Source of the DNA: Hypanus sabinus
Lineage: Eukaryota
Length of the DNA stretch: 64,000 nucleotides
NCBI RefSeq assembly: GCF_030144855.1
Contig: NW_026781634.1
Coordinates: 62,001-126,000 of the forward strand
Direction of reading: 5' to 3'
The notes under the pieces were generated by a model. That model was not told the origin of the DNA and did no database searches. It was given only the letters and a program-made list of their open reading frames with translations. Below, piece by piece: positions 38,490 to 52,039 of the stretch (position 1 is the stretch's first letter; each line of letters opens with the position of its first letter). A program made the translations under genes and the position numbers.

Positions 38490-40065
38490 CTTTATTTTGA
38501 TACGTGCTATGTACCTGTCTAAGAGTCTCTTAAAAGACCCTATTGTATCCGCCTCTCCAATCGTCACTGCCAGTGCTTCCCACACACCCACCACTCAATG
38601 TTAAAAAAAACTTACCCGTGACATCTTCCTTGCACTTACCTCCAAGCACATTAATACTATGCTCCCTCTTTTTATCCATTTCAACACTGGGAAAAAGCCT
38701 CTGGCTATCGATGCAACAAATCCCTCATCTTATGCATCTCTGTCAGGCCACATCTCATCCTGCGTTGCTTCAAGGAGAAAAGGCGAAGTTCACTCAAACT
38801 ATTCTTATCAGACATGCTCCCCGATCCAGTCAACATCCTTGTAAATATCCTCTATACGCTCACTATAGCATCCATATTGTTTCCTGTAGAGAGGTGACCA
38901 GAAGTGAACACAGTACCTCCCAAAAGGAGTGTAATCAAGGTCATATATAGCTGTAACATTACCTCACGCTCTTGAACTCAATCCCATGGCTGATGAATGT
39001 CAACACACCATATGATTTCTTAACAACACTGTCACCGTGGGCAGCAGCTTTAGGTGTTCTATCGACACAGAACCCAAGATCTTACTGATCCTTCACTTTG
39101 CCAAGCGTCTTACCATTAATATTTACTGTCTTCAAATTTTAACTACCGAACTGACCCACTTCACGCTTCTCAGTATTGAACTCCATCTGCCACTTCTCTG
39201 CCCAGTTCTGCATCCTATCGATATTGCACTGTAATATCTGACAACCCTGCAGACGATCCACAACACTCCCAACTTTTGTGTCATCAGCAAACTTACTAAC
39301 CCATCCTTCAACTTTCTCATCCAAGTCATTTGTAAAAATCACAAAGAGAATGGGTGAACACTATTTGTCACCATCATTCATGCAGAATACAAACCATCTA
39401 CAATCGTCCTTTGCCTTCTGTGTGCATGCCTGTTCTGGATTCACAAAGCAATGTCTCCTTGGATTACATACTCATTATTTTCTGAATGAGCTTTCAATGG
39501 GAAACCTCAGCTAACCTCTTAATGAAAGCCATATACAGTACTTTCACTGCTCTACCTTCATCAATGTGTTTTTTACATCCTCAAAGAACTCAATCAGGTT
39601 CATAAAGCATGACCTGCCCTCGGCAAAGCTATGCTGACTATCCCTAATCAGATTATGCCTGTCCAAATGTTCATAAACCCTGAGTCTCAGGATCTTCTCC
39701 AAAACTTGTCCACAACTGAAGTAAGACTCACTGGTCTATAATTTCCTGGGTTATCTCTATTCCACGTCTTGAACAAGGGGACAAGATTTGTAACCTTCAA
39801 TCCTCTGGTAATTCTCCCATCCCTATTGATGATGAAAAGATCATCACCAGAGGCTCAGTAATCTCCTCCCTTGGTTCCCATAGTAGCCTGGCGTATATCT
39901 CATCCAGTCCCGGCAACTTATCAAACCTGATGAATTTCAAGAGCCCCAGCACATCCTCTTTCTTAAAGTCTATGTACTCAAGTGTTTCAGTCCACTGTAA
40001 GTCATCCCCACAACGTCCAAGGTCCTTTTCACCTGTGAATAATGAAGCAAAGTATTCATTAATTA
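38490..40065 (-). mobile_element. CR1 LINE
   Basis: IFTNDLDEKVEGWVSKFADDTKVGSVVD...WAEKWQMEFN plus flanking ORF2 sequence. Confidence 0.9.
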
Positions 40066-41279
40066 CATCAGAATATTTTAAATGATCGGCTGATTGAGAA
40101 ACATCTGTTGAGGATGCGGCAGTGAATTCTAACCAAACTAATGTGCGTTGCCTGGTACGCCACGGATTTGTTATGGCGTCCTCTCAGCTCCAGTGATGAT
40201 TGTTGCAAATGTCGGTGATATGTACTCAATCCTTTCTTAGCAATCAGCAAACATACAAACTTGAAGCGATGAAACTGAAGTATACCCAAGTATAAGTCCA
40301 GCGTGTTTGAGATAATAATAACAACAGAGATGACTTCCGTCAGTCCCCAGCAGTGTACCGCACAGAATAAAGAACAAATGTATAACTGATTCCCTTTGCG
40401 TTTCTGATACAGGGGCTTCCACCTGAAATATTCACATACTGTATGTCTTGTTGAATAATTCCAGCATTTTGTTTTATATATGTCAAATATTCTTTTCCAA
40501 ACTTGCTGTTTCGGATATATTGTGGGTCTACATTGTGCTTAACAAGGTGCCATGTAATTGTCTGATAATAGGTGATATGGTCAAAGAAATCGTGACCGAG
40601 TTTAGGTGATAATAATGGTCTTAAAGTCCTGCCAGAGAAAATGTGGTGGTTCAGGACAAGATGTTGTAATGGTATATGTGGCATTACATTGTTTGGGATG
40701 TCAGAGTGTCTCTGTATAGACTCAACCCGTGTATTGCCATAGGTGTCAATGCCAGGGGATGTTAAACTGTAAGGGTGAGAATCAGGTATGACTGAGAAAT
40801 CTGTATAATTCAGTGACGAGAGGAGTAGATGTCCCTTTGGTCAGCAGAAATGATTCACCCCACACTGCTGTAACAGCTGTCCATTACTCTCCATAGCGCC
40901 ACCAGTGGTAGGAGGACCAAAGCAGTGGGCGCTCTCTGCTCAATCTGTCTTGTCATTCCATTGACACATCACTGCCAGTCCAGGATACAAGACTGGTTCC
41001 TAAAAGCGAATTGCCTGCAATATAGCGAGAAGATACCCTGGAGAAACCTGGCCCAGTGTACAGTCCATGGAGGGAGTGGAAATGGACTTGTGAGACTGTG
41101 GGTGGATGGGCGCAGGTGGACCAAGCCATGTCAAGGCTTCAGTGGACAGGCCCAAGATGTTTGGAGGTGTTTGACTCTGTTTAAAAACAAAACAGGGTAC
41201 TCCTTGCAATCCCAATTAATATCTGACCCACTTTTTGTTTGTTACAGAGCATCAGAAACTGATCACACCTGTCCTCAAA

Positions 41280-41340
41280 ATGAGTCAAGCTCCGAGCAGT
41301 GGAGGCGATCCAGTGACGTCACCATCGGGAAAGGACACGG
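41280..41340 (+). CDS. NLR first coding exon (MSQAPSSGGDPVTSPSGKDT)
   Basis: Acceptor ctttttgtttgttacag ends at 41247, ATG at 41280. The phase-1 end matches the next exon only if the non-canonical donor G|GCATGT at 41341 is used. Confidence 0.55.
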
Positions 41341-42176
41341 GCATGTTGTCGAAATATTTTAATTTATAAATACTCTGTTGAGTCTGCGTCTGGGTTTAAT
41401 TCATAGCGGCAATTCACAAAACTGAGCAGAGAGATGGGAGAGAAGTTAACATCTCCGGGGGGAATCACAGACACATGTGGAAGGAGTACAGTTACCGTCT
41501 GCTCCTGCTCCTCTAGCAGATTGTGATGCCCATTAAAATAGCGGGTTACTCCAGAAGACAAGACATTCTCCAGATGCTGAAAGATTTGGGCAATGAGAAG
41601 ACGCATAATATATTTGCAAAACTCAGCAGGTCAGGCAGCATCCGTGGAGAAAAATAAACATTTGAAGTTTTGGATTAGGACCGCAAGGAATAGAAAGTAA
41701 TGTGGCAATACCTAGAATTTCTGTCCCCTTATTTCCAGTCCGATGAAGGGCCTTGTCCTGCAATTTTGACCGTTTATTCTCCACCATAGATGCTGCATGC
41801 CATGCTGAGTACCTCCAGCATTTTGTGAGTTTCTCCAGAGATTTTCCAAGGAAGGGCTTGACCAGGCAGGCAGACAGCAAACCAGAGCAAAGCGGTGGTG
41901 ATGGGCAGGACCAGGAGAGTGATGGTGATGGTTTACTATATTCTCAGGAATAAGCAGATTACTTTCCAAACAGAGCGGTATATTCCCGGGGACATGAAAG
42001 AGCAGCTTCAACACATGGAACTATACCCTCTCCTATGCCCCTGGCACCACCACAAGCCCATTCCTCCTACCACCTCCCCACCTGCATATGCATATTTTGG
42101 ACTGAGTTTGGTGATCTTTAGTTACTGCCCAATATGGCGTCAGTAATTTATTTAATTTCCCCATTGTGCTTCACAG

Positions 42177-42343
42177 TCCCGTGCTCAGTGATCACCGAGC
42201 TCCTGGCAAGCTGGGACGATTTCCAGCTGCTGCAGTTGACGGACTTCTACCGGGACGGGCTGGAGCAGGCGATGGAAGGAGGGGTGCACGGAGTGAGCCT
42301 GGCGTTAACGGCCGAGAATCAGTTCAGTGGAGAGGAACATCGG
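42177..42343 (+). CDS. NLR exon, N-terminal half of a CARD-like death-fold domain
   Basis: ttcacag acceptor and CGG|GTGAGT donor. Encodes PCSVITELLASWDDFQLLQLTDFYRDGLEQAMEGGVHGVSLALTAENQFSGEEHR. Confidence 0.85.
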
Positions 42344-43246
42344 GTGAGTGGAAGGGGGAATGGGTTTGAATTTTCACACATCACAGGACTGATGGGTGTT
42401 GGAGCTCTGACTCATCGGATATTAAATTAGACAAAAGAACAACTGGGAAACAAATACTGTACATACAATCGCACACATGTGAATCTGAACCAGTGATAGA
42501 AAGGGGTGAAAAGACCGCGTGGACTGCTGGGTAGCTGCTCAGTGTTCAGAGTGAGTTGAGCAAGTAACAGTTGTGTGTGCTTACAGTATGAAATGGAAGT
42601 ATGACGGGAGGTTTCGGTTTGGGAATAACATGCAGCATGGCGGCAGGATGTCAGTGAGAACCAGGGCATCACCTGTGGGTGCCAGAGGAGCTCGAGTGTG
42701 CCCTGTTCTGGGTGGAGATGATTGTGTTACGATCTGCAACTCCAAACTGTGTGGATCGGGGAATACTGCCATGTTGTAATGTGTAATCAAAGAATAAACC
42801 TCCACCGGAAAAGGCAAAGGAAGGGTGTCAAGTGTCAGCCAGTAATCCGCTATCACTGGCAGATTGAGGAGATGAATCATATCACCTTTTGTGCAACTTC
42901 CACTCCGTTGTAAAAACCCTCCTGTTTTTATTTCTTCATCTGTGATCGTTATTTTATGATTTCTGTTTTACACCGTCAAATCCAGTGAGGAATTATTTAT
43001 GGATTTGGAGCCACGTCAATGAAGCGGTCACAGACCAGCCAGGATCTCATTGACTGGTGGACCAGGTTCACGGTGAATGTCCATCCCTGTGCTCTGTACT
43101 CAGAGAAGGTACAGTCCATGTCCAGACAGGTTCAGCACCCGTCCGGGTGACTGCTCAGTGTGATCCCGTTACACAGCACATCATTTACTTCTCATTCTCT
43201 GTGTGAATCTGTCAGTCCCCAATATGTTCACCGTTACTCTTCACAG

Positions 43247-43418
43247 AAAATCTCTGATCTCGCTGATAAGGGAGAGCGGGCGGACAGTTCTAAACTCCTC
43301 CTGAGCCTGGTGATGGAGAAAGGCTCCCGTGCCCAGAGGGTGATGTGGGAAACCTTTGTGAAAATGCGGATTGGTGTCCCAAATTTGGACAAAATACTGA
43401 AGGAAATACAGATATATG
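43247..43418 (+). CDS. NLR exon, C-terminal half of the CARD-like domain
   Basis: tcttcacag acceptor and G|GTGAGA donor. Encodes KISDLADKGERADSSKLLLSLVMEKGSRAQRVMWETFVKMRIGVPNLDKILKEIQIY; LL..V.EKG..A....WETF resembles CARD helices 4-6. Confidence 0.85.
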
Positions 43419-43517
43419 GTGAGATAATATCAGACATTAATTTAAATTTGGATCGCAACACAGCTCACTTTACAATTTTACAAAAATGATTTCCTCAATT
43501 TGTTTAAATTCAATCAG

Positions 43518-43583
43518 GTTGTGATCCCTCCCATCGACCAAATCCCGGTCAACTTTTACAAGAGGTTCTCAGTGAGCTGAAAG
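43518..43583 (+). CDS. NLR linker exon (GCDPSHRPNPGQLLQEVLSELK)
   Basis: caatcag acceptor and AAG|GTAAGT donor. 66 nt, phase 1-1, bridges the CARD exons to the NACHT exon in frame. Confidence 0.8.
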
Positions 43584-43684
43584 GTAAGTGAATGTGCTTT
43601 GAACATTGAAGATTATAACACTGGAATAAGCCATAAGGCAAATAATATTGTGCCGAAAGAGCTAAGATGTAAATCAAACATATC

Positions 43685-44180
43685 AATCACTAACCTATCC
43701 CTCCTACACCATGTCCCTATGCCTCCATCCTTCTTACATCCATGTGCCAGTCCAAACGTCTCTTAAAAGCTTTTAATAATTTGCCTCTATCATCTTACAG
43801 GGCAATGTGTTCCAGGCAACCACGACTCTCTGATTATCCCTGACATCCCCATTCATTCTGCACACTCTCAACTTCAAAGTATTCCCTCTGGTATTAGACA
43901 TTTCAACCGCGACAAACCAATTCTCTCTGTCTACTCTATCTATGCCTCCCATTATGTTGTCAACCTGTGTCTGAGCTTCCCTCAGCCTCTGATGATCCAG
44001 GGAAAACAAACTAATTTTATCCTGCCTCTCATGATAGCACATGCCCTCTGAACCAGGCAGTATCCTGGTAAACCACTTCTGCTCCCTCTCTAAAGCCTCA
44101 CAATCCCTCCGGTAGTGGGGTGATCAGAGCGTTACGCACTGGTCCAGACAAGGCCGAAGCAGAGTTCATCAAGTTGAAAC
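43685..44180 (-). mobile_element. CR1 LINE 3' fragment, intronic
   Basis: LFSLDHQRLR...GIDRVDREN...TRG..LK...QRVVVAWNTLP. Confidence 0.8.
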
Positions 44181-46005
44181 TTGACCTCTGTTTCCACCAG
44201 CGGTTGTAATTTGGGCAGGGCCTCTAAGTTGTTCCGCCATGCGGATCTGACCATGTAAATGTTGGCACTGTGACAGGGAGCACAGGGAGACACAGGGAAA
44301 CGTGTTTGGTATAGGGAGAGTTTTTAAAGGACATTTGAGCAAAGGGACAGAGATCTGCCGAGTTTGAGGAAAGTGGTCAGACCGCTCTGGGGCCTGCAAA
44401 TACAGATCTCTCCACCGGAGTCTGAGTGGAGAAGGGGATGATCTGGAGAAAGGAAAAAAACAAAAACAACTTATATTTCCTCACACCAAAAAGTCAAAAC
44501 CTTCCCTTGTCAGCCAGTGCCCCCTCCTGAACAGCCTCACCCTTAACCAGTTTCTAAAATCCCCCGGTTCCTGCAGATTATCGTTTCTTAGAGTTGGGCG
44601 TCACTGAAGTTCCAGTCACAGAATAGTAATAATAGCATCACTTTAATTAGAAAACCGGGTAACATCCCAACTGGTCTGTTCAACCACAGAGTAGCATATG
44701 AACACACTGTGTTCACATATACACTCCCTAGTACAATCACTGCTACAGTATTACAGAGGGTGAGACTGGGGGACATATTCCTCAGCTCAGTCCACAGAAG
44801 CTGAAATTCCTGTCTGCCTGTGTTGTGTGATGGACACTGTGGGAGGGTGAGAGATGGGAATTAGGACAGGGAAACCCAGGGGTGTGGGATTGCGGCAAGA
44901 AAATTGCAAAGGACTGAAAATATCTATAAATAGTATTGCAATTAGTTATATTGTGACCATCTGGATTGGAAACTTCACTACATCCATAAGCCCGTCTTGT
45001 CTGTGAAAACGGAGCCCGGGGCAGTGCATGGGCTCAGAGATTGTGAGGCTTCATCACTGCAGACTGAGTTAGATCACCCAACTGCACATTTAACAGAGGA
45101 AAGAGCGTAGGAAAGACAAATATCACAAAACATATTAATATTGCATCAGCTCATGTTTTATCTGATTATTAGAAACTTTTAATAGAAATATAAGGAATCC
45201 TGGTCAGAACCCTGGTTCAGTCTCTCTCATTTACACAAACAAATCGCAAAGACGATAATTTAAATATGGGTCCATTGATAGAAGCTTACAAACTACTCAA
45301 GTCCCTGTCACCACTGTTAATGTTGTTCCAGTTCAGTTCCGGTCAATGAAACCCCTCAGTTTCCCTGCACCATGGATTTGGTAAATTGCTGCAAGCCTGT
45401 TCTTCACTTTTCCTTATGTTGTTTGCCGAGAGAGCAGACTCAACTGTGAAATATGGACTGTTCCAGAGAGATGTTGAATATATCTGTTAGCAACTCAGTT
45501 AGCTGGGCTGCCCAGTCTTTCAGAACCCCACCTGGTATATTATCGGGCCCTGCAGATCTGGATGGGTTGACTCTGGCCAGGGTCGTCCTCACCTCAGCTT
45601 CAGCCAGACAGAGGATCTACTGATTATTGAAGAACATAATTTCTGCCACTGTCACATTCTCTAAAGTAAGTATGTCCACAATCACTGTTTTCCTACGCTC
45701 CCCATCACAGCCGAATACATTGAATGGAGACCCCACACATACACAGGGTCAGGAGCCCACACAGGGTCCTGACACACTGTGAGATCCCACACACCTCTGT
45801 TATGGTCCTGACAGACTGTGAGATCAGATTTATTAGGGAGATGAATGTAAATGAACCCCTAGGAGGAATCTAGGGACTGCATAAATGAAAAGGAAATGCA
45901 ATATAATGTAGCGAAAGTGAGTGGGAAGTTAGTTGATTGGGAAACTTTTAAAATCTAACAAAAGGCAACAAAAAATATGAAGAAAGCGAAAGAATTGAAA
46001 TTATC

Positions 46006-46930
46006 AGCAAACACACAGAAAATGCTGGAGAAACTCAACAGACCAGACAGCATCTATGGAGAAAATACAGTCAACGTTTCGGCCTGAGAAAATCCGGTGG
46101 GACTGGAGATAAAACGCTGAGGAGTCGGTTTGAAAGGTGGAGGTCGGGGGTGGGAGGGGAGAGAGAAACGCCAGGTGGTAGGTGAAACTTTGAAGGGGAG
46201 GGATGAGCGAAGAGCTGGGAAGTTGTTTAATGAAAGAGACAGAAGGCCATGGAGAAAAGGAAAAAAAGGGTGTGGGGAGAACACCAGAGGGAGGGGTAGA
46301 TGATCTCGGTGTGGCCTCTTGTACATCGGTGAGACACGACGTAGACTGGGAGACCGAGCATCTACGCTGTGTCCGCCAGAACAAGCGGGATCTCTAGAGG
46401 CCACCCATTTTATTTCCACTTCCCATTCCCATTCCAATATGTCAATCAATGGCCTCTTCTAATCTCGGGATAAGGTCACACTCAGGTTGGAGGAACAACA
46501 CCTTATGTTCCGTTTGTGTAGCCTCCAACCTGATGGCATGAATATCGATTTCTCAATCTTCCAGTGAAGCTTTCGCTCCCCCTTCACCGTTCCCCATGCC
46601 CTCGTACTTCTCTCGTGTTATCTCCTTGCCACCTTCCTCTGGTGCACCCATTATCTTTCTTCCAGGGCCTTCAGTCTCTATCAAGAATCAACTTCCTAGC
46701 GCTTTGCTTCATCCCTTCCCATCCAAGTTTCACCTATTGCCTGACATTTCTCTCCTCCCCCCACCCCAGCTTTCAAATCTTCTCCTCAGCCTTTTACCTC
46801 CAGTCCCGCCGACGGATCTCGGCCCAAAACGTCAACTGTCCCATAGATGCTGCCTGGCCTGCTGAGTTCCTCCAACAGTTTGTGTGTGTTGCTTGGATTT
46901 CCAGCATCTGCAGATTTTCTCTTGTTTGTG
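46006..46930 (+). mobile_element. Penelope-like element fragment with inverted pseudo-LTRs, in NLR intron 4
   Basis: 46305-46560 reads SRCGLLYIGETRRRLGDR..EHLR...HSHSNMSI.GL...RLEEQHLMFRL.SLQPDGMNIDF. 46006-46300 is the reverse complement of ~46600-46900. Confidence 0.85.
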
Positions 46931-47810
46931 AAACTATAGGCCAGTTAGCCTAACCGAAGTGATTGGGAAACTGTTGGAGACTATAAATTATTTTAAATTT
47001 CTGGGATTGCACATACGGATTGCTATGTTTACTCTGATTGCAAATTTAGATGGAGACGTAACGTAACGATTTTTACTCCTCATGTATGTGAAGGATGTAA
47101 GAAATAAAGTCAATTCAATTCAATTATTAATGTTCAGGTTTCAAGGTATTTAGAGCCTAATGATAAAATAAGTCAAAATCAAGATAATTTATATGAAGGC
47201 AAATCTTGCTTTACGAATTTGCTAGAGTTCATTGAATAAATACGAAGCAGAGTGTACAAAGGAGAGACAGAGGATGTCATTTACTTGGATTTCAGAAGGC
47301 GTTTGATATGTTGCCATACATGAGGCTGCTTAACAAGATAAACTCCAACGGCGTTACAGGAAAGATACTGGCATGGACAGCGGAATGGCCGACAGGCAGG
47401 GGGCAGCAAGTGGGAGTAAAAGGAATCTTTTCTGGTTGGCTGCCGGCTTTCCTCAGGGGTTAGTATTGGGTCCGCTACTTTTCAGATGGTTTGTTAATGA
47501 TTTAGATCATGGAATTGATGGTTTTGTGGCAAAGGTTACAGATCATATGAAGATAGGTGGAGGGATCGGTAGTTCTGAGGGAGCAATGCGATTGCAGCAA
47601 GACTTAGACAAATTAGAAGAATGGACAAAACCTGGCAGATGGACTACATTGTTGGAAAACATATGATAATGCATTTTGGTAAAAGGAACGATACTACAGA
47701 CTGTAATCTAAATGGGTTGAATGTTTAAACTTCCGAGTTTAATGTGGCATTATGCTGGCATCAATGTTGTGGGCCGAAGGGCCTATTCCTGTGCTGTTCT
47801 ATGTTCTACG
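46930..47810 (+). mobile_element. CR1 LINE fragments, intronic
   Basis: GFPQGLVLGPLLF..FVNDLD...LQQDLDKLEEW and 3' gggccgaagggcct. Confidence 0.8.
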
Positions 47811-49748
47811 CAGGAACTGAGACAGTTGAAATCCTGAACCACCTGCTACCGAAGTTCCTCTGTCTCTGCTCTCTTCTACACCACCCGACCTGTAATCGGC
47901 ATGGTTTTCAAACTTGTATTTCAAGTCACAGACCGGTAGCATCTCCCCTTTCTCCCCTTTCCACAGACGTTGTCTGATCTGTACTCACATCTACACTCCC
48001 GTCCTTCTACAGCTGTGCTGCAGAGGACAGGCCAACATGCTGCATATCTGTGGCGGACTGAAAGGCCCTACAACGGGTTGTCAAAACTGCCCAGTGCATC
48101 ACCGGCACCCCCAGCCTACCTTCTATCAGGGACGTACATACAGAAAGGCTCCGGAAAAGGGCCAGCAGCATCAGGAGGGTTACCACCTATCCTGGTATGG
48201 GCTGTTTGCCCCTCTCCGGTGAGGGGGCAGACTACATAGCATGCACAGAAGGGCAACCAGACTCAAATTCAGTAACTTTTCCCAAGCAGTAAGACTGATC
48301 AACACCTCCAACTGTCAAAGGCGGATCGACCCGATGCAATAACGCAAGGTACCATGAATTCAATAAAACCATAATATGGGGGGAGTTACAGATGTTCTCC
48401 CAAAGAGACAGTGCCCTCCCCCGAACACAATTCCACACAATTTATAACAGCAATCATTACAGGAAATATTATAATTACGTGAGTTAATACAGTTTTAGAA
48501 TAATTTCAATCACATGCTAAGATACAATTAGATGTAAAATCATTATTGGTTAGTTATAATTATTCCTGCCAAGGCCAGCCTGGATGCAGCCAAACTTGCT
48601 CATATTGGTACCTCCCCCTGACATTTCCCCCTGCTCTCGAACATGATGTCCCATATTTAGTTATGCCTTAAGATGTCCATTCAATCATACCATACCCATA
48701 TTTAGTTATGCTAAGCACTTTGACCGAACATGCCTTGTGCGTCACCTGTTGCTGGGTGGAGTTCCTTTCTGACTGATCAGTAACATAAGGTACCTATAAG
48801 ACTATTGTTCATAAGCTAATCATACCCCTTAATCCATTCCCCCATCTACCTATCCTTCTACCTAAGTTTACCTTTCCCTTCATCACACAGACTAAGCCTC
48901 CCCTCCATAACTGACAACCCCCACTCCACCACCACCACCTGAGTTCAGAGTGACTCCTGTACCGTATATATTTATATTTATTGTGTTTTCCATTGTGTTC
49001 TTTATCTGAGTTTCCTGTGCTACATCAGATCCAGAATAACAATTATTTCCTTCCCCTTTTCACTTGTGTATCTTCAATCTTGAATCTTTTGAGTATTTGC
49101 AACATGGACACTTTCGGAGACACCAGACTGCAGATCTGCGTCTCGAACCATTTTCTGGAGGAACTCAGTAAGCTGAGCAGCATCTGTGATGATAGGGGGT
49201 GGGGGGGGGGATTGTCTGCATTCTCTGTCAAGATGCTGACTATCTCAATCCCCTGAGCAAGACAGTGACATTTTCTCCCCCAACAACTCCCACCCACAGT
49301 GCAGGAGCTAATCAACAAATATACTTTGTGCTTTGAATCAGTGACGGTATGAGGGGGAGCTGTGGTTACCAGTCCTGTTCCTTTGACGGAATGCCCACAA
49401 CCCTTTTCTCCATCTCCATATCAAACATCGGGCTTTCAAAGTTCCTCTACAGGAACGAAGATAGCTCTGGGTAATCGTTGTTTTCCAGTACAGGACAGTC
49501 GGTGGTCAGTAAACTACCAGGGCAATACGCATCTTCACACCACAATTAATCTGGAAATGTGATGATCTGGTGTTTATCTGGACCAGGCCTCTCTATCCAG
49601 TCAGGAGTCTGTTAATAGAATTTACTGTACGAGCCTCCATTGATGAATCCAATTAATGAAATAGCTTTGAACTAATTCTTGAGTACTTAAATACTGAGTT
49701 CTGAATTGAGGCATCTAAAAGTTTGTCCACTGTCTGTTCCCATTGAAG

Positions 49749-51474
49749 ATGTTCAACAGAAACACAAGGAGACTCTGCGGGCAAAAACTGAAACACTGAG
49801 AGTGAACACAATCCTGATGAGGGAGAAGGTGAAGGTTTTCCAACTGGTTGATCGATAGGCTGAGCTCACGGTCATTTCTACTGTTCGAGATCGGACACTG
49901 GTGGAACATGAGCTGCTGGCAAGAGGCAGAGACCACGAGGAGTGGAGAGAGAAATATCTCCGTGGAGAGCTGGAAAAATTCGGGACTGAAACATTGTTCC
50001 AGAGCAGTAACTCCAAATCTGGGAGCTCGGCAGCAGTGGCTGGAGCCCCGGGGATCGGGAAAACAACGATGGTACAAAAGATTGTTTACGACTGGGCCAC
50101 AGGGAAAATATACCAACAATTCCAGTTTGTGTTCAGTTTCAAATTCCGGGATTTAAACTCCATTAACCGTCAAACAAGCCTGATGGAACTGATTCTGGAT
50201 CAGTATCCTTACTTTGGGAATATCCTGAGAGAGGTCTGGAAGAACCCAAAGAGATTGCTGTTTATATTTGATGGTTTGGATGAATTCAAGCACAGAATCG
50301 ATTTTGCTGACAGTCAGAGAGACACAGAACGCAAGCACCAGTGCCCAGATCCCGAGTGCTGGTGTGAAGTGTCTGACATTGTGTACAGTTTAATCCAGGG
50401 CAAGCTGCTCCCAGGGTGTTCAGTGCTGGTGACCACCCGCCCCACTGCGTTACATTTATTGGAAAAGGCTGAGATCAGTGTCTGGGCTGAAATCCTGGGA
50501 TTTGTTGGTGAGGAACGGAAGCAATATTTCATCAGGCATTTTGAAGATCAGACGGTGGCTGCAGCTGTTTTCAAATACATGCAGGAGAACGAGATCCTGT
50601 ACACCATGAGCTACAACCCCTCCTACTGCTGGATCCTCGCTCTGGCATTGAGCCCCTTCTTCACACAAAATGTCAGGGACCCGCAGAAAGTACCCAAGAC
50701 CATCACCCAACTGTACTCCTACTATATTTACAACATCCTGAAAAACCACGGCCGAGAGATCGAGAACCCCCGTGAAGTGTTACTCAGGGTTGGTCAGATG
50801 GCCTTCAGAGGAGTGTCCGAGAAGAAGATTGTGTTTACGGATGGAGATTTGATCAAGTACAATCTGCAGCCTTCCCAGTTCCTGTCCGGGTTCTTGATGG
50901 AGCTTTTGGAGAGGGATGATTCTGGCCGGTGCGTGGTGTACACATTCCCACACCTCACCATCCAAGAGTTTATAGCTGCAGTTGCACAATTCCTGACTAT
51001 ACATCCCGGGGATATCCTGAAATTTCTCACTGAAGCCCACAAGACGACAGATGGGCGATTTGAGGTATTTCTCCGTTTTATTGCTGGTCTCTCCTCCCCA
51101 CTGACAGCTCGGGGCCTGGAGGAGCTTCTGGGTCCATTTCCTCATCAAACAACCTGCCGGGTGATTGACTGGGTGAGGGAGGAGGTTAAACGCCAGAGTG
51201 GTAACACGAGGAGCGAAGCTGGTAAAAGGAGCCTCCTGAACACATTACACTACCTGTTTGAGTCTCAAAATTGTGGGCTGGCTCAGGCCACAATGGGATC
51301 TGTGGAAACACTTTCATTCAGTCGAATGCTACTGACCCCGATTGACTGCGCGGTCCTGTCTCATGCCATCGGAATCTGTGATACAATAAAACATCTCGAC
51401 CTTTTGGACTGCCACATTCAGTGTGAAGGAATCCAGCGGCTGGGGCCCGGGCTGCACAAGTGCCAGGAGTTGAG
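49749..51474 (+). CDS. NACHT exon (pre-NACHT/FISNA-like region, NTPase, winged helix, HD2, first LRR), containing the premature stop
   Basis: Walker A GAPGIGKT at 50042-50065, Walker B LLFIFDGLDE, sensor VTTRP, winged-helix YTFPHLTIQEFIAA. Acceptor cccattgaag ends at 49748, donor AG|GTAACT at 51475. The frame continues upstream of the listed ORF as DVQQKHKETLRAKTETLRVNTILMREKVKVFQLVDR*AELTVIS. Confidence 0.95.
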
Positions 51475-52039
51475 GTAACTTCATTTGTCTCTCACTCTGT
51501 ACTGTGATACTGTTCCAATTCAAGGTTATTTCAATGTTAAGGAATTTGGATGAAACTGTAGTGAATCAGATAGTAAAGAACTCTGTCAAATGAGCAGGGG
51601 ATCTGTCAGTAATTCCCCAGTCAGGAAGGTTCTGTGGTTTCTTTGTGAGGGGATGTTAGACTTCATCAGATCAGTGAACAATGGCCATGAGTTTAATGGT
51701 CGTAAATGACAGGGATGGCAGTGTTTTTGCTGCCTGTGACACGTCCATTGACAATGCCCATGTCACTGTTTCTGACACCCAGGCCAACACTGATTGCAGC
51801 AGGTGGTTTGGAGATTTACACCCACTTCCCCTGAAGGTCAGTGTGCTGACCCAGTGAAAGCTATTGTCTCCCCCTTCCCATGTGTGACTGTCACCATAAC
51901 TCCACCTGCGTCATTTTGCTCTTTACCACCATATACCCAGACATCACGTGGCCATCTCCTCTCCGATTGTGGGTCTCAGTTCAGGACAACCTTTCCCGCG
52001 CAATATATGTCCAGATCACCTCCCTAGTGGGACAGATAC

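Noticed and set aside
49901-51478. 525-aa single-exon NACHT ORF as a complete gene
   Set aside because: The start is a GTG inside a larger exon (acceptor at 49748) and the stop lies in the intron after the donor at 51475. It is part of the spliced NLR.
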